Of a stretch of 64,000 bases of DNA, positions 46,701-60,749 are shown piece after piece. The DNA comes from Heteronotia binoei (lineage: Eukaryota), in the NCBI RefSeq assembly GCF_032191835.1, contig NC_083237.1:23932001-23996000 (forward strand), written 5' to 3'. The notes under the pieces are model-generated. The model made no database searches and was not told the origin of the DNA. It saw only the letters and a list, made by a program, of their open reading frames with translations. Each line of letters begins with the position of its first letter. Position 1 is the first letter of the stretch. Made by a program: the position numbers and the translations under genes.

Positions 46701-49419
46701 GGGAGTCGGCGTGGGAGAAGGCTGGTTGGAGTAGGAAAGCCGAGGAGGGAGAGGGCGAGGAGGGAGAGGGCAAGGAGGGCTTTGATGTGGCCCTTTTGAA
46801 TAGGGGAGGGGGGAGCTGGGAAGGGCTGTAGGTCAGCCTAAAAGGGAATGATGGAGGGAGTGGGGTGGAGTTGTTGCCCAAATGGACTAGTTGTCCGGTG
46901 TGTGGCAAGTGGGATATCAGCGATGGCTGTGCATAGAAGCAAGCAGGTGGTGTGTTGATGGACCAGTAAGCCTTGGCTAGACAGAAAAGCCATGTGTGAG
47001 GTTTGGAGAGGGGGAGCGCTTCTCCTGCTAGGTGCAACCCCAGTTACTTTGACGTCCTCCGGATCTCACAGGGGTGCCCTTAAGCCCCTTGCAGGATCAC
47101 AAGGGATAGGGGTACCTAGCTCTGCTTCACCAGTACTAGTCTCTTGCCTCTGTGCTGCTTCTTGTCCAGTTGGGCCAGCCCTGACTCCCCTCTTCTTGCC
47201 CAGTTTTGGTTGGCACAGGTTGAGGGGGTTGGTTAAGATGCTTTCCATTTTTGAGCTTTAGATGGACAGGCTGAAGTTAGAGGAGGGCACGGTAGCTAGG
47301 AAATGGGAGCATTTGGAGACCTCTGCCTAATAATGACAGTGTGATTTAAATCTGGGAGGCTGTATCTGGGCTTTGTTGTGTTCTGAGATGCCTGAAAGGC
47401 AGGTTGCTGAAATGTTCCTTCGCCCCTTCTTGACCAAATGATACTAGCTGAGCACAAGTGGCAAGAGGGTCCCACGCAGCTGATTATTTGACAGCATTTG
47501 CAGAATTTTAGGTGGAGCTATAATAATTACAGTGATTACAGACATAGGGGGCAAAAGGAATATTTAACTACAGAGCACTCAAAAGCCTTTCACATGCTCT
47601 TATTTTTGTAATCACATACACCAGGGATCTGCGACTCCAGAGCCCAATAGTATGGAAACAAATATGACTCTTAAAAAAAGAGGGGGGAAATGAAATTTTA
47701 AAGGCATATGGAAAGATAGGTGGGATGTTAGAATGACTAGTATGTGAAGAGAATGGTAGACAAGTATGGTTATGGGGCAAAAGGACTTCTCATAACTGCC
47801 TTTCAGAAATGGAAATGCGAGAGGCAAGCAGCTGACAAGAATCCAAACATGCACCATGCACATAGTTGTTCCAGTGCATCAAAGCAATCATGCAGGGTGA
47901 TCCTGCACATAGTTGTTGTGGGACCTTGTGTGTGTGCCACTTCTTATGGAATGGCCTGCTCAACGAGATTAGGGAGGTTTGGCTGTTCAGTTGTAAAAAG
48001 ATGCAGACCCCTGACTTGCACAGCTTTGCAAAACATCTGTAAAGTAGCCTAGTATTATCCTCCTCTCACAAAGTGGGGAAAGAGTGTCTTGTCTTTAATG
48101 ATGAATGGCTTTGGAGAGCTGTTTAAGAGACTCTAGGAATGGATGCACCACAGGTGGCTGAAGGACAACTAAGGGTGGGAGCCAGGGGGACAGAGATGGG
48201 ATACAACAATGGATGGACCAAAGAGTATGAACCCTCCTTGAAGGCAAGATGGAAAGAAAGAGGACAGGAACAGGGTCCAGTAATGAAAGATTCATAAGGC
48301 TGAAGGGCATTCTCTAGGGATTGAAGACGGTACTTGGAGAGTGGCTGAGCTGCAGACCTTGATTTGAGAAAAGCCCTAGATTTGAGATTGGCATGAGTGT
48401 CAGAGTTTAAGTTTTGGAAAGGTCAGGCAACTGGGATTATTTTAGTTTTCCAATGAGCAGACCAATAACAAGGATGGTTGGTGAAGGTGCAGGGAGGACT
48501 ATGTGGGAGGTGGAGAATGAGCCACTGAGGCAGAATTTGATCCTATGTGGGGACTGCTATTTGTGATAGGCACAGTGGTTTTCCTGGCAATATTTGGAAA
48601 TTGGTTGGGATACTAGGATAGCAAGGACCTTCCCTAATGATGAAGACTAAAGTTTGTCTCTCTTTCACCTTCCTGTAATTTTCTGGTATGAAATATCTTT
48701 CAGGAGAGAATAGTAGTATGTGGGATCTGAAAAAGGAAATGGGTGTGTTAATAAATGATTTAATTGTGTGAAGATGATGTAGGTTGGATACAGTGATAGA
48801 TGGACCATTATTAATAGGCTTTGGTAGACTGGGAGAGGTGCAGAGGCAGAGGAAAAGAGAGGAAGGAGTCTGGCCGTTTCTGATCTTTGGAACCTTGACT
48901 GGCATGTGGTGTACAAAGAGAAAAAACAAATATATTTGTTCGCAGTAGAGGTGTGAAAGGATACTGCAAGGGTAGTAGAGAAATCCAGCATTTAGCAAAA
49001 TTGTTTGGTTTAATGAGTTCAGAGACATTGTCCCTCCATTGTCGCCCCCGCAAGAGTTATTATCTTTTCAGGCATAGCTGCTGTGCAGGAAAATCTGGTT
49101 TCCAATCCCGTATAATTTTACATTTTCTTTTTGTTTCAAAGTCCTAAAATAGATGTTTCCCCAGCTTTTAAAGACATGTTCTCTCCTCCCACCCTAAAGG
49201 TTGTGACATCTGAGTAAACCAGGCTGTTAGAATCTAAAATGCAAGCATGTGATTTTTTTTTTTTTGCACGGTAAAAGAATTCTCTCAAAAAATATTAGAA
49301 TGGAAATGGAGTCAGTGACCCTTAGTTAACATTTGTTTAGCCCTTTTTGGCTCCATTCAGTTTTCAGAGGATTTGTAAATTGTGATTTGTTCCCTTGGTG
49401 GTTGGAACCTCCCAGGGGT

Positions 49420-49830
49420 TTGGGTTTGTTTGCCACATACACCCAGACAGCACAGTCACAGGACCTAACAACATCAACTACACTATCTTACACTTATTCA
49501 CATTCTCATCTTCTAACGTTGTATATGCCATTAAATGCCAACAATGCCCTTTGGTTCTCTGCATAGGGCAAACAAATCAAACACTGTGCCAAAGGATAAA
49601 TGGACACAAATCTGACATCAGGAATCACAAGCCTGAGAAACGTGTAGGAGAATACTTCAACCTTCCAGGACATTCTGTGGGTGTTCTCAGATGAGCTGTT
49701 TAACTGCAAAGGAGCTTCAGGAACAGACTAGAAAGAGAAATTGCTGAGTTGAAGGTTATTACAACACTCAGAACAATGTAATTCCCAGGACTTAATAGGG
49801 ATATTGGTTTCTTATCTTACTACATAAGCT
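49420..49830 (+). mobile_element. Penelope-like retroelement, GIY-YIG endonuclease fragment
   Basis: CHIH....TGPNNINYTI...FTFSSSNVVYAIKCQQCP..LCIGQTNQTLCQRINGHKSDI is the Penelope GIY-YIG signature (VVY..YIGQT), degraded. Confidence 0.85.
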
Positions 49831-50215
49831 TAACATCATTCAGCCCTTATGTCTGTATTCTCAACAGAAGAACCATATGTCCTCTTTATTTTATTTCTTA
49901 TTTACAATCTACTGTTCTAATCTATTCTTCTAATGTGATTAATAGTAAAATATAATGCAATTTGGAATGTATTTCTCTGGTCTGGGGACAGGAGAGATAA
50001 CTCTACACAGCCATTTGATCCACTCTAAAGAAGAAGGTGCTGAAAAGTCACCTCTGTGCTTGAGAGGAGACGATGGAGCATTATGGCAGGGTCTCAGTTA
50101 ATTACTCTCAGCATCCCACAATTAAGGATACATCTGCCCATCAATCTCCAGTTTTGATATATTTATCTTCTTCACTATGTTTTCCCCCCTGAACTAAACC
50201 CAAACAAATGGTAAC

Positions 50216-51886
50216 CAGTCTTTCCTCTAAGCTGAATTGGCATGAGCTAGCTCACAGATTTTTAGCTTCCAGCTCACACATTTTTGTCTTAACTCAGGAA
50301 AAATGGTCCCAGAGCACAATAATTGATTTTATTAGTGACATATGATAATAAATTTCAATTTCATACTTCATTAATAATTACTTTTTAAAAATCTATCCCA
50401 TATATTACTTTCTACCCACCCCTCCCCCCGTTACTTGACCCCCACCGGTGTTATATACTTAAAATCTTAATATTAAAGGTACCCTTAATTAATAAGAACC
50501 ACAATTAATATCCTCCTCCCTCTTGTACTTAGTCATTATCAAAAATTGTCCAATGTCCTTTTATTTTCCACTCTTTTTCTATGTATCTTCTGAACTTTTT
50601 CCACTCCATCTTAAATACTTCTAAATCATAGTCTCTTAAGGTTCTTGTTAACTTGTCCATTTCACTCCATGTCATAACTTTTACAATCCAATCCCATTTC
50701 TCTGGTATTTTTTCTTGCTTCCACAACTGCGCATACAATGTCCTAGCAGCTGAGAGAAAGTACCAAATTAAAGTTCTATCTTCTTTTGGAAATTTTTCCA
50801 TTTGTAATCTCAACAGAAAAGTCTGTGTTAAATTTGTATCCCAAGATCTTAGAAGTCTCTTGTTGAATCATCTGCCAGTACTTTTTCGCTCTTTCACAAG
50901 TCCACCACATATGGTAGGAATAACCTTCATGTTTTTTACATTTCCAACATCTATCTGGCATCTTATTGTTCATCTTTGCCAACTTTTTAGGAGTCATATA
51001 CCATCTGTACATCATCTTAAAACAGTTTTCTTTAATACTCTGACATGTTGAGAGTTTCATAGAGTTCTTCCACAAATATTCCCATGTGTACATCTGTATT
51101 TCTTTATTTACATTAATTGCTCACTTAATCATTTGAGATTTCACTACTTCATCTTCCGTAGACCATTTTAAAAGTAACTTATAGATTTTTGAAATTAATT
51201 TTTCATTATCTCCAAGCAGAACTTTTTCCATTTCTGTTTGTTCTCATCTTATTCCTTCAATTTTAACATCGCTTTCCACCAAACTTTTTATTTGTTGCAT
51301 TTGAAACCAATCATACTTATTATTCAACTCTTCAGCAGTTTTCAATTCTATTTTACTGCTTTGTATTTTTAGTCATTGATTATGTGACATCCCTTTTTCC
51401 TCTCCTGTCTCAGCTGTTATTCTTATTACTTCTGCTGGCACTATCCATAGTGGTTTTCTCTCATCGCCATATTTCTTATACTTCATCCAAACATTTAGTA
51501 GATTATTTCTTATATAATGGTGAGAAAAAAATAACATCCGACTTTTTCTTTCCATAGTACATATAAGCGTGCCAACCAAATTTATTTCCATGACCTTTCA
51601 ACGTTAAAAGTTTTTTATTCAACAGCGTCACCCAATCTTTTATCCACACTAGACAAACTGCTTCATGATATAATCTTAAATCTGGTAGTTGAAATCCTCC
51701 TCTTTCTTTAGCATCTGTTAAAACTTTCATTTTAATTCTTGGTTTTTTCCCGGCCCATACAAATTCTGAAATCTTTCTTTGCCATTTGCACAATAATTTA
51801 TCCAGTAGCAACTCACAACTTTAATCCCAGTAGCTCACAAAGCAGAATTTTTGCTCACAAGACTCTGCAGATTAGAGGGAACGTTG
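50216..51886 (-). mobile_element. hAT MITE family A split in two by an L1 insertion
   Basis: Halves at 50216-50324 and 51788-51886 reconstitute the 3759-3945 element in reverse. Perfect 8-bp TSD ATGGTAAC at 50208-50215 and 51887-51894. Confidence 0.9.
50325..51787 (-). mobile_element. L1/Tx1-clade LINE, 5'-truncated ORF2 C-terminal region and 3' UTR
   Basis: WQRKISEFVWAGKKPRIKMKVLTDAKERGGFQLPDLRLYHEA and the CWKC..HEGYSYHMWWTC knuckle are typical of L1 ORF2. Frameshifted. 11-bp TSD GCACAATAATT at 50314-50324 and 51788-51798. Confidence 0.9.
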
Positions 51887-52019
51887 ATGGTAACCATATA
51901 AACTAAGCTTGTTATTCCTGTTTGATCCTTGAATTGGTTAAACATCTTCATTATGCTATATGCTAATTTACTGCTCACCCTCTACCTATATGTATGGACT
52001 GGGAATTTCCATTCCATTG

Positions 52020-52235
52020 TATCTGAAGAAATGTGCATGCCCATGAAAGTGTATACTCAGAATACTACTTTGTTGGGTTTAAAGGACTGGACACATTGTT
52101 CAGCTGCTTCAGACCAACAGTTTTAGCACGCAATTTTAGCACATCTTGAAGAAGAAAACTTTGTTGGTCTTAAAGATGCTACTGGACTTCAACTTTGTTC
52201 TATTGCTTCAGACCAACACGGCTGCCCTACTGAAT
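52020..52235 (+). mobile_element. Two tandem Penelope terminal repeats
   Basis: TTTGTTGG.TT.AAAG..ACTGGAC...GCTTCAGACCAACA occurs twice (52069-52120, 52160-52220). Confidence 0.7.
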
Positions 52236-52278
52236 CAATTCTAAACAGAGTTATTTTCCTTTAAATTAGAGGTCCCCA

Positions 52279-52471
52279 NNNNNNNNNNNNNNNNNNNNNN
52301 NNNNNNNNNNNNNNNNNNNNNNNNNNNNNNNNNNNNNNNNNNNNNNNNNNNNNNNNNNNNNNNNNNNNNNNNNNNNNNNNNNNNNNNNNNNNNNNNNNNN
52401 NNNNNNNNNNNNNNNNNNNNNNNNNNNNNNNNNNNNNNNNNNNNNNNNNNNNNNNNNNNNNNNNNNNNNNN
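52279..52471. other. Assembly gap (193 N)
   Basis: Run of N. The true length is unknown. Confidence 1.
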
Positions 52472-52599
52472 CTCAACAAAAAGAGAGCAACGAAATGAGG
52501 TGCTCTTCCACAAACATACCAACACATCAAACACACATATTCATAAACCATTTAAATACATCTAAAACCATTAAACCATAGTAGTAATAATAATATGAC

Positions 52600-52845
52600 G
52601 ACATTGGATTTATATCATACCCTCCACTCCGAATCTCAGAGTGGCTCACAATCTCTTTTATCTTCCTCTCCAACAACAGACACTCTGTGAGGTGGGTGGG
52701 GCTGAGAGAGCTCTCCCCAGAAGCTGCCCTTTCAAGGACAACTCTGCGAGAGCCATGGCTGACCCAACGCCATTCCAGCAGCTGCAAGTGGAGGAGAAAT
52801 AAAACCCAGTTCTCCCAGACACACTTATCCACCACACCAAAATTA
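52600..52845 (-). mobile_element. Squam3-like tRNA SINE
   Basis: Reverse complement of the 31177-31442 element. Confidence 0.8.
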
Positions 52846-53867
52846 AGTGCACTATTGTATCATCCCGAAATCATCCCCCGCCCCCCCCCCCCCCCAGTCC
52901 ATGGAAAAATTGTCTTCCACGAAACCGATCCCTGGTGCCAAAGTCTGGGGACGGCTGCTTTAAATCATTTAGTCAGTGTGCTATCAACTGTGTTCATGAT
53001 TATTCTGCTGCTTCCTACTAAGCACAAGTGCCTTCAAAATCTGGCTTTTTAAAAAAAGAGCTGCTGTTACTTTGCTTTACCACTGGTTTAATTTTACTTT
53101 AAAAAAAAAAGGAAATGGATGCTTTTGGCTACAAACCAAAGGGAAGTACTGTTTAGTGAATTGTTCACCTTTTGAAGCCTTACCTGAAATAGTTATTCAT
53201 TTGCTAATTTTTTTTTCATTTTTAAAAAGAACTAAAAGTTAATTTTACTGTGCTACGATAACAAATTTATAAAAATTGTTAGCTTTTTCATATATTGTTA
53301 ATCCTGGAGTTTTAAAAAATAATTTGGCTAATTGTTATTGTCTTCTTCTTAAAAATTTGTCAAATGGCCAAATCTGGATTCCTCAAATGCTGTGCTTTTC
53401 AACAGGATTGATTCATACATTCAACTGCAAATGAGCCGGAATCCCTGATGCTTTCCTGGATTTCCAGGGTACTCTTCAGCGAAGTTCTAAGCCCATTGAA
53501 GTCAATGAAGGCTTTAGGATTGTACAATAAGCATTCCTTAAGCAGAGGGTAATTGTTGGGTACCTCTGCAGGACTGCCGTGAGCAGAAGTATCCCACATC
53601 TGTATCTAATTTGGAGGATCCTTCTTCACCCTCCCTGCTCTTGGAGGGTATCTAGAAAATACCAAAGAGATTGTCTTGTGCCTGCAATTTCTGATCTGCT
53701 TTGGTATCTCTGATTATCTTTTTTTTTAATATGCTCCCCTGAGTGCCCTAACCTACTGATTTTCTACTTCTTACCTTTGCTCAGGTGTCTGGAGTTATTT
53801 GCAGGTAGCTGTGTGGAGGCTGCAGTTCTGACAGCCATCCTGGCTCAGGTAAATATCCTCATTAGAT

Positions 53868-54173
53868 CAGAGGTGGTCAAACCGAAGCTCGGGAGCCACA
53901 TGTGGCTCTTTCACACATATTGTGGGGCTCTTGAAGCCCTCACCACTGTTAGCTGGCTTGGAAGAAGGCATTTTTCTCTTTAAATCACTTTGCCAAGCCA
54001 GATAGCAGTTGGAGAATGCATTTAAAATTAAAGTTGCTTTCTTTCCGCATCTCCCTCCTTCCCCCCCTCTATTTGCCTTCCTTCCTCCCTCCCTCCATTC
54101 ATGTCTTGCGGCTCTCAAACATCTGGTGTTTATTCTGTGGGACTCTTACATTAAGCAAGTTTGGCCACCGCTG
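53868..54173 (+). mobile_element. hAT MITE family B
   Basis: TIRs CAGAGGTGGTCAAAC / GTTTGGCCACCGCTG with a family B interior. The TSD is decayed. Confidence 0.75.
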
Positions 54174-54848
54174 AATTAGGAAGAGGAGGAAATAGCAGGA
54201 TTTTCCAGCTCCCTAAAAACTTGCAGAATTCAGCATAAGTATGCCAGGGCAGAACCCCAGAATCTTTTCTCAGAGCCCAGCCTGAGTACATATAGTAGTA
54301 GTAGCAACAGTGCAGCAAAGTACCTCTGAGCATGAGCGGAGTGCCTTTTCCTCCCCACAGTAACTTCATCATGACTCCGTTTCTCTTCATGGTCAAATAT
54401 GTTGCAGGGTCTGGGAGCCAAGAGACATGACTCCTACTTCTCCATACAGAAGAAACTGTGAAACCTGCATATGCAGTTGTTATGTGGGGTGGAGGAGAGT
54501 ATTAAAAAAATTGCACTCCCATGGTTCTGTGAAAGACTGTACCATGTGGGTTTTTCCAAATGTGTACTGTTCTTAATAGAAGGGGATCAACAGCCGCAGA
54601 AATCACTTGCTTGGTGTTCAGGGAATGGACCACAGAATTTTAAAAAGGCAACTGGGAATTCTTAAGGAAATGCTGGCTGGCTTAGAATTCACCAGCTAGG
54701 CAAACCTTGCCAGTGGGTATTGAAGAACAAGTAAGGGAAGCTAGGAGAGGTGGCTGTAAGATCCAACTACCCAGCTGTAAGATCCAGCTGCCCTTTCTCC
54801 TCTCCTCTTCAGGCTGGCAGTGTCCGTCCCCCTCGTGGAGGGAGGACA

Positions 54849-54888
54849 ATGAGTGAGACTAACCATCATCACCAGCGGTCAAGCATAG
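54849..54888 (+). CDS. CCDC106: CCDC106 coding exon 1 (MSETNHHHQRSSI, phase 1). The exon starts at 54813
   Basis: Acceptor ccctttctcctctcctcttcag at 54812, ATG with A at -3, donor TAG|GTAGAG. It splices in frame to the next exon. Size and phase parallel human MNDRSSRRRT-M. Confidence 0.7.
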
Positions 54889-55563
54889 GTAGAGGACGGC
54901 GTGGAAAGCAAGGTTGGTAATGTGTTAGTTGACTCACAGGTGGCTTACATGGGGGGGTGATCTGCTATCATCCTAATCAGATGTCTTACCCAGCATTTCA
55001 AATGGTATTGTGGAGAATTCCTAGGACTACAAATCCCAGAGGCACTCCTGCAGAATGCCGGCACGTTGTCAATGCAATAGAACATTAAGGTTGTTGTTAC
55101 TCCTACAGATGCATCCCTACAGATTGTAGATTTGACATTCAGCAAATACAAATGACATAAAGGGGTGGGGGAGTGTGAGTAAGCAAACAGAGAGAATCCC
55201 TTCCATATGATCTGGTAATATGATTCTAAGGAAGTCTTGAAATACCAGTTCAAGTGGAATTCCACTTCTGAAATCCCATTTGATGCTGTGTGGTCACACA
55301 AACACATACGAAGCTCTGTGTGTATAATACACTAAATCTCACTCCAGACCAGTGATGCCTTGTTTCATTTTTTAAAAAACTGTATGCAGCATGTTTGTTT
55401 TTGCACTGTCATAGCTGCAAAATAGAACATTGTGAGGAAAGTGATACATGTGATTTTTCTTTCACAGAATGGCAGATATGTCGTCATTAAGGCATCCTGA
55501 AACATTGCTATATGACTGAAAGCTGGGAAAGGGCAGGATTGTTTGTCATTATTTTAACACACC

Positions 55564-55673
55564 CAGGGCTTTTTTTTTTTGAGCAGGAATGCAGTTCCAC
55601 CTGGCTTGGTGTCGGGGTGTAGCCTAATATACCAATGAGTTCCTGCTGGCCTTTTTCTACAAAAAAAGCCCTG
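55564..55673. mobile_element. hAT MITE family D, 110 bp
   Basis: TIRs CAGGGCTTTTTT / AAAAAAAGCCCTG. Perfect 8-bp TSD AACACACC at 55556-55563 and 55674-55681. Confidence 0.88.
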
Positions 55674-55823
55674 AACACACCCAATATTATCTTCATCAAC
55701 ACTACAGCTTTAAACCACAGTCTTTTCTGATCAATATTTCTTTGAATCTTAGGACTTTGTGGATTCTGGTTCTGACAAAATAATGTTCTTTCTTTTCCTC
55801 CCCCCCTGCTTTGATGTCCCCAG

Positions 55824-55946
55824 TGAAAGAAGACAGTGAAACCTATGAACTATCCATACCCCTCGATGAACCACAGCAAATGGAGTCACAAACGCAAACT
55901 CAGCAGCAGTTATATTATGGTCTGAGCCCTCCACAGAACTTTGATG
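55824..55946 (+). CDS. CCDC106: CCDC106 coding exon 2
   Basis: KEDSETYELSIPLDEP...YYGLSPPQNFD aligns with human KDDETFEISIPFDEA..FYSLSP..NFE. Bounded by ccccag| and |gtaaga, phase 1-1. Confidence 0.88.
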
Positions 55947-56363
55947 GTAAGAAACAAACAACATTTTTACTCTCCCTCCTGCTGCTACTCATGCATTTTT
56001 GCTGACCCAGTATTAACTCAGTATCTTTTTAATGGCCATCCCTAGAATCAATGCATTCCTGCTGTCATTTCTGTGATCCTGGCAATTCCAGAAAGTGGCG
56101 CTTGTGGATTCTGGTGGTTATACAGTGTTGGGCTACAACTAGGGAAGTTTGGCTTCAACTCTCTACTTGAATCTCACTGGATAATCTTAGGTCAGCTGGC
56201 CTACTTGATAGGTTTTTTTGTGTGGATTAAAGGGAACTCAATGTGCTGCCCTGAAATCCTTGGAGAGGGGCAGAGTAAAAATAGAATAAATACAATACAT
56301 TTCTGCATGTCATCAGAAGGGACTGAATAGAGGGCATTTTATCTGTTTGAAGATGCTGTAGCA

Positions 56364-56565
56364 CAGGGGTGGCCAAACTGTGGCTCAGGAGCCACATATG
56401 GCTCTTTCACACATATTGTGTGGCTCTTGAAGACTCTCTGCCCTCCTTTCCTCCTTCCCTCCCTCCCTTCCACTCTCAAACACCTGACATTCATGTCTTG
56501 TGGCTCTCAAACATCTGACATTTATGCTGTGTGGCTCTTGTATTAAGCAAGTTTGGCCACCCCTG
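56364..56565 (+). mobile_element. hAT MITE family B, complete 202-bp copy
   Basis: 16-bp perfect TIR CAGGGGTGGCCAAACT. Perfect 8-bp TSD CTGTAGCA at 56356-56363 and 56566-56573. Confidence 0.92.
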
Positions 56566-56904
56566 CTGTAGCATTTCTACATAATGTGGCTGGGTGATTT
56601 CTTGGGAAGGGGAGTGGAGAAAAAAGGAATCAGAAGATGGAGGCTGGTTATACTGGCTCCCTATTTCCCCCCCTCCCCTATTACAATCTTCAGTGTTGGG
56701 GGGTTTCTTTTTTGAGAGGGAGGTCCAGTTAAAAGCTACTGGTATAAATAATGAGAGGAAATCTAAATCTGACCACATGGGAGGTGCCTTAGCTAGAGAA
56801 TGACCAGGAAAAGCCCCCCCCCCCAGTGATTATCTCCTGTGAAAAGTGCGAAGTTTATTTATAAATCCTCTGCTTTTCTCCCAATGGGGACTTCAAAATG
56901 CTTA

Positions 56905-57070
56905 TAACAACATTATCCCCTCTGAATTTTTTCCTCACAATAACAACCTTGTAAGGTAGTTTACACTGAGAGAGTGTCTGGCCCCATCGAGCTTCCATGG
57001 CGGACTGGGGATTTGAACTGGCATCACCCAGATCCTATTCTGACACCCTAACCACTACACCAGACCAGCT
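56905..57070 (-). mobile_element. Older tRNA-derived SINE
   Basis: The reverse complement starts with an AGCTGGTCTGGTGTAGTGGTTAGG tRNA-like head and a GTTCAAATCC B-box. Confidence 0.6.
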
Positions 57071-57245
57071 CTTGCCTTTACAGGAAAAGAAGATGATTTG
57101 TGCAGGCAGGAGTCAGACCTCCATGGGCCTCCATGGGGCAGCTTGAGATCGGTTCCTGTGGGTGTTTGAGAAGAAGCGGTGTGTGTGAAAGGAAACAGTT
57201 TCTGCTGTTATACAATGGGTGGGGGTTTTTTTACTCTCCTGTTGA

Positions 57246-57476
<231 letters not shown>

Positions 57477-57679
57477 TGAACCAAAAAGCTTTAAGGAAGT
57501 GATGGTGAGAGGCAAGGGAACAGGATGCCTTGCTTCTGCAGGGAAGGCAGCAAATTATCATCATCATACAGTATTGTGTGTAGTATAGCCAGGAGATCCT
57601 AAGATTGTTTGGCAGCCAGAAATTCTAGCTCTTTCAGCATTATGCACCACTAACTAGCTAGTGGTGAGCTAGACCTGTT

Positions 57680-57845
57680 TTGAAGGCAAGAGACATTTCA
57701 GAGGTGGTTTGCCATTGCCTGACTCTGTGCCATGACCCTGGTATTCCATGGAGGGTGCCCTTCCAAATACTAGCCAAGACGGACTCTGTTTAGCTTCCAA
57801 CATCTGATGGGATTGGGCTAGCCTGGGCTATCCAGGTCAGGGAGG
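57680..57845 (-). mobile_element. 5S-derived SINE
   Basis: CTTCCAAATACTAGCCAAGAC.GACTCTGTTTAGCTTCC..CATCTGATG is reverse-complement 5S-like, attached to the family body. Confidence 0.65.
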
Positions 57846-58050
57846 GCAGCGAAGTTTGAACAGATCGAAGTGGAGGGGGGGACTGGGATGTTGGGATGAG
57901 CCTGAACTAGCAGGGCTTTAATATATTAAAGCAAAGGAACGTGTGTCTTGAATTCTCTGATCTTCAGAAAAGGAGCTGGGCAGACTGTGCAGGCAGGGCC
58001 TCTCGTCTCTCCAGCCATGTGACATGTCCTGTTCTCTCGCCCACACTTAG

Positions 58051-58251
58051 ATGACCACTTCCGCAACAAACAGCTCCCTCGTCGGTTTGAGGTTTCTGAG
58101 AGTCGGAATGGGGATGTGACAGATGATGACAGTGTGGGTTCTTGGCTGAGTGCCAGCCCAGAAGAGGGGGGCTCTTCAGAGCATAAGAAACAGAAAGGAG
58201 GGGCAAACCGACGGCGCTTCATCAAGCCCAAAGTCCGCGAGAGGCAAAGGG
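58051..58251 (+). CDS. CCDC106: CCDC106 coding exon 4 (basic NLS-like region)
   Basis: DHFRNK...KKQKGGANRRRFIKPKVRERQR aligns with human [22 protein letters not shown]. Bounded by cttag| and |gtgagt, 201 nt, phase 1-1. Confidence 0.92.
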
Positions 58252-59585
58252 GTGAGTTAGAAGGGAGAAATAGAGTAGGGAGATGATTTGTGGGCCCTTG
58301 CGGTTCAGCCTTCTCAGCAAATGGGGTTATGAGTGATCACCCTCTTAGGTGGAGACTTTTTACTCTGTGTTTATTGACTGAGTTAACGTGAGCTCCAGGT
58401 GGCCTACGAGATGCACAAATCATAATGCCTCCTTTTCTCCCCCAAAAGTATCAGCTGGTAACATCCCTTACAAATTGCATGAAGCATTTAATCAAAACAA
58501 TAAAAATCAGCAAGACAATATAAACCAAAATGACTCCTTGGAATAAAAATTAATAGAAAGCGGTTTGAAATAGAGTTGCCTCTTAAAAATTCTCTCTCTC
58601 AAAAAAAAAAAAAGGTAGAGAGAAAAATACCCACTGGTGGCTTCTTGTAGAACATTGGCCAGCCCCAAAGAGGCTCTGGAATGGGCCACCATCTTCTGAA
58701 CCACCCTAGAGAAGGGCTGGTGTGGGGAGAGGGAGATTATAAATTGTTAATTCAGAATCATAAAGGTTTATGTAGGCAGAAGCTAGAGGTATCAAGTCCC
58801 ATATCTTTTATTCTACACCCATATAGCTTGTCCTATTAAAGCAGGTTTCCCAATGAGGAGGCAAAGTCTATAACCCCCAATATAATATAAAGCTCGACTC
58901 AGTTTGCATGCATGCATTTGATTGGTTTGATTGCAAAGGCACTGGGAGTTCCAAGCAAGACTTCAAACTTTCTGCAGGATCAGTTATAGAGGGGGAGGGC
59001 ATAGGAATAAATAATGAACTGGGAACCAGAATAATAGAATTGGAAAAGAAAATGTAAGGTTTGTTAACTCATCAGAAAATAAAAGGGAGGTGGGCAGAAG
59101 AATGAAGAAAAACAGGAATGCTTATTGCAAATGCAACAAATCTTAGTAAATTGCTACAATAACATGAACTCTTCCCCCCCCCCCCCCTTTCCCTGTACTT
59201 GTTCCTGTATTTCTCCCACCATCCCGTTTCCCTGCTCTAAATATTTATCTCCTGTCGCAAACAACCTCACCTTACTCATTATGTGGGATCTCTCATGCTT
59301 GGCTTTGCCTTTCTCCATTGGTTCCCTTTGGTGCCTGCCTTCCTGCTTTCTCTCGTTTCTCTCTTCCATGCACTTCCTCTTGTTTTCCTGTTCCACAATT
59401 TGTGCCTACTGAGCGTTCTTTTCTTGCTTTATTTGGTTAATATCGCTTTGCTTGGTCTTCCTTTCTCGATCTTTCTCCCCTCCCTCCCTCCCTCCTCCCC
59501 CCTGGGCTGCTTTATGTCTTTGATTTACTTCATGTTTCTATCTGCTTTCTAACCTTTGACTTCCTTCTGATCCTGGTTTCCGTGA

Positions 59586-60137
<552 letters not shown>

Positions 60138-60283
60138 TTTTCCCAACTCAGTATCAGGAACCTGCTTTGTCAGCCCCTCAGCCCTGTATCCCTATTTAAG
60201 TATTGATGTAGCCACTGCCTTGTTCTCCCCAGGACTGTCATCCATTTCCTACCAGCCATCTCCCCTACTTTTCAAAAGTGTTT

Positions 60284-60289
60284 AATAAA
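60284..60289 (+). terminator. Candidate proximal polyadenylation signal of CCDC106
   Basis: AATAAA 147 nt after the stop codon. Confidence 0.55.
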
Positions 60290-60749
60290 AATGTCAAATG
60301 CTCTTTCATGACAAGGTTGGCCCACCTATAAGGGAAGCAGGATGCTCTCCTCTGAAGTCAAGCACGTTAGGGAGCATCCCCTGGCCACACATTTTGACCT
60401 GTTCTTCAGTCAGTAAAGGCTTCTTAACAGCTACTGGATTAATATTGTTCGCCTCACTCCTGTCTGAAAGCTGCCAAAATGGCTAGCCAGAAGGCGGCAA
60501 TGGTGCAAACCAACATAATAGCATCCTCTACAGAAGGGCAAGGTGAGACAATAAAAGTTCACCCACAAAAGAAGAGATGGTACCTGCAGCCTTGAAGGTC
60601 TCTGGAATTACCAGCCCACACATTTTTTTTACTAGATTGTCTTCTCACATCTACCACTGGTGGCACATTAACAGCCTGAAAAGGGTAGACCACACCTAGT
60701 GTGCAGTTTTTTAAAAAAAGAAATTCCCTCCACTGCCTGCAGGACATTC

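Noticed and set aside
52241-52551. ORFs spanning poly-X
   Set aside because: These are artefacts of the N gap.
55468-55520. Alternative CCDC106 start exon (ttttctttcacag|AATGGCAGAT...)
   Set aside because: The acceptor and ATG look plausible, but there is no suitable donor before an in-frame TGA. The 54813-54888 exon fits phase and homology better.
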